The translations under genes were made by a program, and so were the position numbers. A DNA stretch of 32,000 nucleotides from Sulfolobus acidocaldarius DSM 639. GTDB lineage: Archaea > Thermoproteota > Thermoprotei_A > Sulfolobales > Sulfolobaceae. The stretch lies in contig NC_007181.1 of assembly GCF_000012285.1 (NCBI RefSeq), positions 330,001 to 362,000 on the forward strand, given 5' to 3'. Under the pieces are notes generated by a model, which was not told the origin of the DNA, made no database searches, and saw only the letters and a list, made by a program, of their open reading frames with translations. This document shows positions 15,828-23,122 of the stretch, piece by piece; position 1 is the first letter of the stretch; each line of letters opens with the position of its first letter.

Positions 15828-17152
15828 GAAGAGTATACTGTTGCGTAAACTATGCCCCAATTAGCATATGAACCCCCTGTATTTCCGCCTATAGCAAAAG
15901 TGTATTGTCCTGCAGAATATTTAAGACCTACGTTATACGATAGAGTAGCGGTCTCACCACTATTTAAATCAGTAACTTGAGTGTATAACCATCCAGTGGA
16001 TGGGTTATAAGTAGCTTTCATGCAGACGTAAAAGTAATTGGAAGTCTGTTGAATTCCAAAACCGTTATTACCAAGTGGACCATATGGTGTAATACTACTT
16101 ATATACCCATTATTTGACGTTACGTTAAATAAATTGAAAACAGATGCACTACTTGCTCCAGATTCTATCCAATAAGGATCCCATTGTACCATAAAATAAT
16201 CTCCATTAGAATAAGGAAATATTAGTAAACCTTGTGCGTATAGCAATTCGCTTCCTATTGACGGATCTGATACATAATTTACAATACTCCCATTACGAAT
16301 ATATACAGGGTTCATGAAAAAGTAAATTTCGAATCCATCTGCAGGAGTATTTGAACCTGCACCAAAACCTCCAATTAAAAATACAGTAACATTTTTATTT
16401 TGCTGAGTAGTATAATTGAAAAATATTAGACCTTGATCATAGGTTGGTATAACTGAAGACATGCCTGAAGATATGGGTACAACTAATTCTAAGGATTGCT
16501 GATAATAATTTGGTGACCAACCAGACGGAGACGTTATTATGGGAATGTTATTATAATATAATCCGATAATTGACCCAAGTCCATAATAGTCTAATGATCC
16601 CATCTGCCTATCTCCGTCTAGGTAATTGAATATATTAGCTGAAGGCATCTTTGTTAACGAAACAGCCAATTGATAGTTATATATTGAATTTATTGATGTC
16701 GTAAAATTAATGTAAAGATTGTGGGTGAGTGGAAAACTTGTTAACCCGTTTGCAGACTCTAACAGTAAATAATTACCTGAGTAGGCGTTTACTGGTAAGC
16801 TATAAGTCGATGTGGAGTTTCTTAAGTATAGAGAAGCTCCTTGCAAATTAGAGTTGCCATTAACATAAGATTTTGTGGAAAGACTGAAATTAAGAATAGG
16901 AGTGTTCAACAGATTATAACTGTTTTGTGTAGATTGAACTGTGATTGCTGGCACATTTTCACTGTAAACTCCGTTATTAACTGTTGGTGTGATTAAAGAA
17001 GAATAATCTGGCAAACAAGAGTTTACCAAATTTTTCAGAGACACGAGAACAAAGGGTGTAAAAATTAGCTGAGCCTGAAAGAAGTAGTACACAGATGCTG
17101 ACGTTATAACGAGAGCTACAAATAATAGAGGCAACAAGAAGTAACGCCTCAA
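15824..17152 (-). CDS. N-terminally anchored or secreted glycoprotein with a C-terminal legume-lectin/ConA-like domain (putative adhesin)
   Basis: TTG start overlaps the upstream stop (TTGA). Hydrophobic N-terminus MRRYFLLPLLFVALVITSA, Asn/Ser/Tyr-rich composition, and at least 7 N-x-S/T sequons. C-terminal third: ADGFEIYFF...MVQWDPYW...ATYNPSTGWLYTQV...YTFAIGGNTGGSYANWGIVY, resembling L-type lectin beta-sandwich motifs. Confidence 0.7.
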   Translation of the reverse strand: MRRYFLLPLLFVALVITSASVYYFFQAQLIFTPFVLVSLKNLVNSCLPDYSSLITPTVNNGVYSENVPAITVQSTQNSYNLLNTPILNFSLSTKSYVNGNSNLQGASLYLRNSTSTYSLPVNAYSGNYLLLESANGLTSFPLTHNLYINFTTSINSIYNYQLAVSLTKMPSANIFNYLDGDRQMGSLDYYGLGSIIGLYYNNIPIITSPSGWSPNYYQQSLELVVPISSGMSSVIPTYDQGLIFFNYTTQQNKNVTVFLIGGFGAGSNTPADGFEIYFFMNPVYIRNGSIVNYVSDPSIGSELLYAQGLLIFPYSNGDYFMVQWDPYWIESGASSASVFNLFNVTSNNGYISSITPYGPLGNNGFGIQQTSNYFYVCMKATYNPSTGWLYTQVTDLNSGETATLSYNVGLKYSAGQYTFAIGGNTGGSYANWGIVYATVYSS

Positions 17153-17688
17153 GGGGGTACACCCCTAACTAGACTATCAGTCCCATAAGAATAGTACATG
17201 GTCAAGGAAAAACTGGATATCTGATAGGAGCCAGTGAAGTAAACTACAAAACTAACGTTATAAACCTGGTTCTGATAAACCTTTAATGGGGACTGGGAGA
17301 GAGGATAAATAGTATATGTCAAGGTTTTGGTTGAGTTTTTCAATATCATATTTACCTTATATACCATGTTCTGAGAAGCAATTGTCACGTTAGATATGTA
17401 AAAGTATCCATTGGAGTTTACTAATATCTTAAGTACATTCAGAAAATAAGCTTGAGTAGAATTAGTTATATAGAAATATAATGAGACCTTACCTTGAGAA
17501 ATCTGAGAATAAGCAAACTGGCTTACACTTAAGCCCAAAATCACTATCGGCGAATTACGGTATGATATTGTATTTGTAGACGTATAAAAAAGCACGTAAT
17601 CAGATAAGGTAGTCAGAACAAATGAGGACGCAAGCACAAGGACTAATATTAAAAAAACTTTTTTTAGTTTATCCAAAACCCCTGCCAC
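17149..17688 (-). CDS. secreted or anchored pilin-sized glycoprotein, paralogue of the upstream 206-aa protein
   Basis: Hydrophobic N-terminus (KVFLILVLVLASSFVL) and 4 sequons. ITNSTQAYFLNVLKILVNSNGYFYISNV aligns by eye with ITNATYNYYFNFMGLAVSKTGYIYLAKV of the 17699-18319 product. The exact start (GTG 17688 or a nearby TTG) is uncertain. Confidence 0.65.
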   Translation of the reverse strand: MAGVLDKLKKVFLILVLVLASSFVLTTLSDYVLFYTSTNTISYRNSPIVILGLSVSQFAYSQISQGKVSLYFYITNSTQAYFLNVLKILVNSNGYFYISNVTIASQNMVYKVNMILKNSTKTLTYTIYPLSQSPLKVYQNQVYNVSFVVYFTGSYQISSFSLTMYYSYGTDSLVRGVPP

Positions 17689-17698
17689 CTTGTCCTTT

Positions 17699-18319
17699 TT
17701 ATGGTGAGGGTAGAGGTATAGGTGGTGGAGATGCTGTCATTGGCGAAAATCCGAAGTTGACTGTTATTGTAGCTAGATCATTAGAGGGAGTCTTTGGCAG
17801 GGTTCCCTGATATGGAACTATTAGTAGGCTCACGATGTAACTCCCAGAATTAATTTGTAATGGGGTGCTAGGTAGGGTACTGTTAACTACACCATTCACG
17901 ATTAATTTATATTTGTAGACAATTTGCCCTTGTTGATTCATTATATATAGTGTGGCATTCTGAATAGGATTATTAGTTGCTGTATACGAATATGCTACTT
18001 TTGCTAGATATATATAGCCTGTCTTGCTAACCGCTAATCCCATAAAGTTGAAGTAGTAATTGTACGTTGCATTCGTGATATTTACTTGAGCAGTAAATCC
18101 GCTTCCGCCAGAGGAGGGTTGAGCATTAATATAACTTGGAACATTAGAGTTATTTCCAATTTTAGCGTTACCATTTGGCTGTATCGCAAAATACATTGGT
18201 GGGGCTACATTACCGACAGTTATTTGCCCTTGGTAGTAGTAAATTACGTCTGCAACTAGCACTGGAACAAAAACAGATACAAGAAATACCGACAACAGAA
18301 GAAGTCTCTTCTTATTCAT
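17699..18319 (-). CDS. secreted pilin-sized glycoprotein (candidate major filament subunit)
   Basis: Sec-type signal peptide MNKKRLLLLSVFLVSVFVPVLVA|DV (A-x-A-like site after residue 23). The mature N-terminus is a beta-strand-prone DVIYYYQGQITVGNV. About 5 sequons, a beta-rich Asn/Tyr/Thr composition, and a Pro-rich C-terminal tail SPPPIPLPSP. It is the first gene of the operon, with a TATA-like box at -26. Confidence 0.75.
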   Translation of the reverse strand: MNKKRLLLLSVFLVSVFVPVLVADVIYYYQGQITVGNVAPPMYFAIQPNGNAKIGNNSNVPSYINAQPSSGGSGFTAQVNITNATYNYYFNFMGLAVSKTGYIYLAKVAYSYTATNNPIQNATLYIMNQQGQIVYKYKLIVNGVVNSTLPSTPLQINSGSYIVSLLIVPYQGTLPKTPSNDLATITVNFGFSPMTASPPPIPLPSP

Positions 18320-18340
18320 AATGCTCTACTGGACTACCTA

Positions 18341-18350
18341 TTTTTAAATT
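18341..18350 (-). promoter_or_regulatory. TATA-box candidate for the three-gene surface-protein operon
   Basis: AATTTAAAAA on the minus strand is centred about 26.5 nt upstream of ATG 18319. Confidence 0.4.
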
Positions 18351-18650
18351 TGCGTTAAAAAGTTTTTTACCCCTGCTCTGAAGTAACTAAATTAAGTAAG
18401 ATATTTTACCTTTTATCTTTCTTTCAAATTGTTAATTAAACTTTAAATGAAAATCTATATATTTCGACAGATGAATATTCATATACTTATTCACATAAGC
18501 TATCTTTGTGTTTGATTTTAATGAAAGTATAACTTTAACTTTTTCATCTGTTAGTATAAAGAACTGTTACGTCGTTTTACGGAATCAAATTCCCCATTAG
18601 GGTCTAACATTGAAGAACATAATAATATTGAGGACTAAATTAAAGAGAAT

Positions 18651-19482
18651 TTAGGTTTGATAATCTATTACCATAGTTAGATTGAACTCCTTTAAAATTT
18701 GGTCACCGTTTGGTAGTTCATATTTTAATAAAATAGTTATGCCGGCTGTATATATCTCTCTACTCTCTAAAGATGAAATGTGAAAAGGATTGTAACTTAG
18801 TTTTATGGGTATTTTTAGGTAGTTTGCACCCTGTATAAGTGAGATGTTAAGGTACTTTATACTGTTGTTTAATGGAACAGACATAGCGGCTACAACTTCA
18901 TTATTAGTGTTGTCATTTATGTAGGCATTTTCAACATACTCTAGGGTACCATTCAAAGGCGTTATAATCCTTAAGAAAAAATATACCATAAGTTCCATTA
19001 AATGAAACGTTGTAAAGGTTAGCCACTAATATGATCTCTGGCTTTACCAGGTCACTGAAAGAGATATAAAATTTTGTAAAATTATACTCTCCCCCAATAA
19101 TGCCAGAAATTTGTACATTAGTTGAGTTGACCACATACTCAAATAGATTTGAAGTTATGGGTAACGTTATGTTAAATTCCCTTACAGAATGAGGAGGAAC
19201 TAACATTCCAGGGGATACAGAATAATTCCCTACTCCAGGAATAAAGACATAACCATTCATAAGAGGAATGTATGTGGAGATGGTGTTGTTCGCAATTAGC
19301 GATATTATAGTCTCATTACCGTACATCCCTATACCCATGACCTTTATATAAGGAGGTAAATTGGAAAACGTAACTACCCTTGCTAGTTTTTGCTGATAAA
19401 ATGTTATAAAAATAGAAGCTACTAGTGTAACAACTAAAATTAATATAAATATCCTGTAATAGATGTTGGTACTTGAAACCAT
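18651..19482 (-). pseudogene. split (frameshifted) gene for an N-terminally anchored, sequon-rich extracellular protein
   Basis: ORFs 18931-19482 (183 aa, N-terminal TM IFILILVVTLVASIFITF, 8 sequons) and 18651-18998 (115 aa, 4 sequons, no signal or TM of its own) overlap by 68 nt in frames offset by +1. The overlap contains a T6 run on the coding strand (18976-18981). Together they would encode a protein of about 275 aa. Confidence 0.55.
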
Positions 19483-19660
19483 ACTAATGTACTAGTTTAT
19501 CATAAACAACTTTTGAATATTTATGCTTGCATCTAAAATTCAGCTAACTTAAACAACTGACATCGAATAAACTTTAAAAGATCAAGTTGTAAACCACCGC
19601 AAGTATTTATCTCTTCTTATTCTTGGTATACGCCCTTAAAATATGGAGGTGGACATAAGA

Positions 19661-19669
19661 TTTTTATTA
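19661..19669 (+). promoter_or_regulatory. TATA-box candidate for the 19693 gene
   Basis: TTTTTATTA is centred about 28 nt upstream of ATG 19693. Confidence 0.3.
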
Positions 19670-19692
19670 GTAATTTCATAACTACATTTCAA

Positions 19693-20493
19693 ATGCGGAC
19701 AGAGTCTATCATATCGTTAATTATAGCTTTAGTCACCCTAGTATGCCTGTTTCTTATACCTGTGATGGGCTTATCGACTTACACTTATAGCATTAAAGTT
19801 ATGGGATTTTTAATGAGTGTAAGCTTTTACAACGTTAATTATACTATACTAATTCCTTCAATGGTTGCAACAATTGTCTTTGTAGCCCTGTCTGGTATAG
19901 TTCCCCTGTTTTGGAAGTCCAGGTATTCACTATACACATCTTTTGCTTTTTCAGTTTTATCCATTTCAATGCTGGTTGTTACTTATATTTGGGTCAGTAG
20001 GTACTTCCTTGTTAACAATTACCTGGTTGTACCTACAGAAAATGGAGTATTCTATCAGTTGTCCTCCTATAATTTAACCTTAGGATTCTCATCTTATTTA
20101 CTCTTTATAAATGCTTACTTTGATGGTATGAACGCAATATCTAGAAGTACATGGTTAGATAGGTTAATAGGTAGAAAAGGAACATACATTGATCTAGTAA
20201 TCGGCATAGCTAAGACATATAACATCCCATATCAAAAGACTGAGGACGGTGTAATAGTAGGTAATGACATTTTAATTACACAGGGTAACATAAATCATGA
20301 TAAGTTAGAGTCTAAAGAGATCAAGAAAATGTATATAATCAAGGATTCACATATTTTTCTCATAGATACCAGTAAAGGTGAACATGATCCACAGTTATTT
20401 GAGCTGAAAGAGGGAGTGAAAAGAATTTTGTCGGATATTGTGGAAAAAGTAGGGGATAAGATAAACATCATGTATAAGGATGACTATCCTTGA
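19693..20493 (+). CDS. hypothetical membrane protein (about 5 N-terminal TM helices plus a roughly 110-aa cytoplasmic-looking C-domain)
   Basis: Hydrophobic segments run through about residue 150, then a charged soluble region (RKGTYIDLVIGIAKTYNIPYQKTEDG...KEGVKRILSDIVEKV). I recognise no family. It is divergent from the split surface-protein gene. Confidence 0.6.
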   Translation: MRTESIISLIIALVTLVCLFLIPVMGLSTYTYSIKVMGFLMSVSFYNVNYTILIPSMVATIVFVALSGIVPLFWKSRYSLYTSFAFSVLSISMLVVTYIWVSRYFLVNNYLVVPTENGVFYQLSSYNLTLGFSSYLLFINAYFDGMNAISRSTWLDRLIGRKGTYIDLVIGIAKTYNIPYQKTEDGVIVGNDILITQGNINHDKLESKEIKKMYIIKDSHIFLIDTSKGEHDPQLFELKEGVKRILSDIVEKVGDKINIMYKDDYP

Positions 20494-20532
20494 GTGGAAA
20501 AATTGATATATAATTTGATTTAACTTTCTACC

Positions 20533-21552
20533 GTGAAAGCCGTAATTATTGAAAATGGCAGAGCGTCAATAAAGGATATGGATAAACCTTCAATCAAGGA
20601 AAAAGGAGATATTATAATAAAGATGAAAGCCTGTGGGCTATGTGGTACTGATATCGAAAAACTTCGCGGACAATACACAGCGTCTCAGCCAATTATAGGT
20701 CATGAACCATCAGGGATCATTGAGGAGTCAAGTGTAGATAGTCTAAAACCCGGTCAGAGAGTATTCGCACATCATCACGTTCCTTGTTATGAGTGTTATT
20801 ATTGCACTCATGGAAGTGCAACCATGTGTCCTCACTATAGAAGGACTAATATTGAGCCCGGAGGTTTTGCAGAATACTTTAGAGTCCCAGCCTGGAATGT
20901 GAAAAGGGGAGGTGTACTAGTTCTTCCTGATCATGTTAGTTTTGAGGAAGGAGCCTTCATTGAACCTTTGGCAACTGTTGTAAGAGCACAAAGGAGGGTC
21001 AAGTTAAACAGAGGAGATAATGTGTTGGTAGTAGGAGCAGGACCTATGGGATTGCTCCACGTAATGCTAAGTAAGGTAAATGGAGCCTCTAAAACCATAG
21101 TAACTGACATAGCAGATTTTAGGGTTGAGTATGCTTATAAAGTAGGGGCTGATTACTCATTTAATTCTAAAAAGATAGACACTATAAATGAGGTTAAGAA
21201 ACTAACAGACGGTAGAGGAGTGGATATAGCTATTATAGCTTCAGGCGCACCTTCAGCAATCTTATCAGGTCTTCTCTCTGTAAGAAAAGGAGGTCAAGTT
21301 CTCCTGTTTGGAGTTCCATTTAAGGGTACTGTCCTGAACTATGATATAAGTGATCTCTTAAACAACGAAATCTCAATAATCTCAAGTAATGCCGCTATTG
21401 AAGAAGATACTGTAGATGCGTTGAAAATAATATCTGAGAGAAAAATAGACGTTTCCAAACTAGTAACCCATAAATTTACTATTGACCAGTTCAATGAAGC
21501 CGTAAGGGTAGCTGAAGAGGGACAAGCCATAAAGGTAATAATACAAGATTGA
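20533..21552 (+). CDS. zinc-dependent medium-chain alcohol/polyol dehydrogenase (threonine/sorbitol dehydrogenase-like subfamily)
   Basis: Catalytic Zn ligands CGLCGTD...GHEPSGII, structural Zn loop CYECYYCTHGSATMC (C-x2-C-x2-C-x7-C), and Rossmann motif VVGAGPMGL. GTG start. Confidence 0.9.
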   Translation: MKAVIIENGRASIKDMDKPSIKEKGDIIIKMKACGLCGTDIEKLRGQYTASQPIIGHEPSGIIEESSVDSLKPGQRVFAHHHVPCYECYYCTHGSATMCPHYRRTNIEPGGFAEYFRVPAWNVKRGGVLVLPDHVSFEEGAFIEPLATVVRAQRRVKLNRGDNVLVVGAGPMGLLHVMLSKVNGASKTIVTDIADFRVEYAYKVGADYSFNSKKIDTINEVKKLTDGRGVDIAIIASGAPSAILSGLLSVRKGGQVLLFGVPFKGTVLNYDISDLLNNEISIISSNAAIEEDTVDALKIISERKIDVSKLVTHKFTIDQFNEAVRVAEEGQAIKVIIQD

Positions 21553-22395
21553 AAAAATAGCGAGAAAGAGGATTAGAGTCACTTTAAATAGATTTAGGGC
21601 AATTTTCACGTGGTTATCTTCTGGTAAATTCCATCCATTTAAACCCACGTTATAAAATCCAATTTTTTCTAACCGGACGTTTAGTATTGATGAAGCAAAT
21701 GAGATGGGATATTTAGCATTGGGGCTCTCTATTTTGCTCTCTTTCAGTATCCTTAGAGTGCTTTTTGGTCTTAACCCTAAAAGATATGCTGATAATAACA
21801 TCAACAAGGCAGTTATTCTGGCTGGGATGTAGTTTAAAATAGTATCTAATTTAGCGGAGAACCATCCCTGTTCCCTGTACTCAGGTGTCTTATATCCGAC
21901 CATGCTATCCATGGTATTCGCTAACCTTTGTAATAATGCACCTGGATAGCCTAAAACGAGAAACCAAAATATTGGGGATATTATTCCATCTACAGTACTT
22001 TCAAATAATGACTCTATTACGGCAGATCTAACGTGACCCTCACTTAACTCATAAACATTTCTCCTGACTAACTGCTGTGAGTATGACCTACTGTAAGTGG
22101 TAACAGGTGTGCTCTTCTTGACCAACGAATATAGTAACTTAATGGAAAAGGTGGTCTTTAGAAAAATGACCAGTAGTGGTAGTTCTACATACCAAGGAAA
22201 GTATAAAGGTATACAGAGGATGAACAGAATCGGAACGACAGACACTATCCAGAAGAATATTCCATAAAACCTGTTGGAGAAAGGTTTTATTAATCTAGAT
22301 GATATTTTCCCTACCCATACTACAGGATGTATTATAACTGGAGGTTCCCCTAAGGTAAGGTCAAAGAGTATTGAAAGATAAAGTAATGGTAACAA
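21460..22395 (-). CDS. cbiB: adenosylcobinamide-phosphate synthase
   Basis: N-terminal LFDLTLGEPPVIIHPVVWVGK (the CbiB/CobD GEP...HPV..G motif), multi-TM, 311 aa. The 3' end overlaps the convergent dehydrogenase gene by 93 nt. Confidence 0.9.
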   Translation of the reverse strand: MLPLLYLSILFDLTLGEPPVIIHPVVWVGKISSRLIKPFSNRFYGIFFWIVSVVPILFILCIPLYFPWYVELPLLVIFLKTTFSIKLLYSLVKKSTPVTTYSRSYSQQLVRRNVYELSEGHVRSAVIESLFESTVDGIISPIFWFLVLGYPGALLQRLANTMDSMVGYKTPEYREQGWFSAKLDTILNYIPARITALLMLLSAYLLGLRPKSTLRILKESKIESPNAKYPISFASSILNVRLEKIGFYNVGLNGWNLPEDNHVKIALNLFKVTLILFLAIFSILYYYLYGLSLFSYPYGFIELVNSKFMGY

Positions 22396-23108
22396 GTCTT
22401 CTCAGCAACTAGTAAGTAAATTGGAAAAGATAAAGTTATAATAGCTCCTACTATATCGCCTGACATCCCGTCAAAAACTAACTTAGCCATTAGGTAGAAC
22501 ACGAGAAGTAGGATAACGTAAGCCAAGATAAGTACAGGTGATGAGAAGAGTATTGCAAATACTTGTACGAGGAGGAATTTAATAGAGAATAGTTTGTCCC
22601 TCATTTTATCATGAAACACTTTTCCCAGATAACTACCGGGAATCGGCTTCATTAGACCTAGAAGGGATATTGCGCTTGCCCTCGCTAGAACCTCGGATGG
22701 GAGGAAGAACCACAGATTGCTTACATTCAAGTTAAGTGTAGCTATAAGAAATATAGAAAAATAAACTAAAAATAGACCTATAGCCCCCGACCCGGTCTGT
22801 AGATCATGAAGAACTTGCGGTCTTCTCTCCTTTCCCACCATCAATGCGTCCCCCATGTCCAATAGACCATCCAAATGGTGAAATCCCCTAATTATCTCCA
22901 CTGTAGGTATTAGTAGAAGAGCACCTAAGCTACCTATAAGCCTTATACCTAACAAGACAACAAACCAGTCTATTATACCTGTAATTATACCGACCATGAG
23001 TGGCGAGATGAAGGAGAACTCTGCTATCTCCTCTAAAGACGCACTCGGAGAAGGTATTATCGTGAAAAATGATAGTTGCCCTAATATTGCCTTTAATATC
23101 CTCCCCAT
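22350..23108 (-). CDS. cobS: adenosylcobinamide-GDP ribazoletransferase (cobalamin synthase)
   Basis: LGQLSFFTIIP N-terminal CobS motif, ...HLDGLLDMGDAL... motif, and about 6 TM helices. Overlaps the cbiB start by 46 nt. Confidence 0.9.
   Translation of the reverse strand: MGRILKAILGQLSFFTIIPSPSASLEEIAEFSFISPLMVGIITGIIDWFVVLLGIRLIGSLGALLLIPTVEIIRGFHHLDGLLDMGDALMVGKERRPQVLHDLQTGSGAIGLFLVYFSIFLIATLNLNVSNLWFFLPSEVLARASAISLLGLMKPIPGSYLGKVFHDKMRDKLFSIKFLLVQVFAILFSSPVLILAYVILLLVFYLMAKLVFDGMSGDIVGAIITLSFPIYLLVAEKTCYHYFIFQYSLTLP
23092..23099 (+). promoter_or_regulatory. TATA-box candidate for cobQ, embedded in the first codons of divergent cobS
   Basis: TTTAATAT is centred about 27.5 nt upstream of ATG 23123 and lies inside the cobS CDS. 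Confidence 0.3.
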
Positions 23109-23122
23109 AGGAATTAGTTATA

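Noticed and set aside
18471-18482. A perfect 12-bp palindrome ATGAATATTCAT in the 330-bp AT-rich spacer upstream of the surface-protein operon.
   Set aside because: A 12-bp palindrome in very AT-rich DNA can arise by chance. It is about 150 bp from the predicted promoter and has no repeat partner. It is worth noting only if a regulator footprint is found there.
18931-18998. Programmed ribosomal frameshifting as the explanation for the two split genes (here and at 29300-29311).
   Set aside because: Both junctions need a +1 shift. Neither has a convincing slippery-codon plus rare-codon context or a downstream structure that I can see. At 29303 a UUU-to-UUG re-pairing would be poor. Homopolymer indels, whether real or sequencing-derived, are the simpler explanation, so programmed shifting is left as a low-probability alternative.
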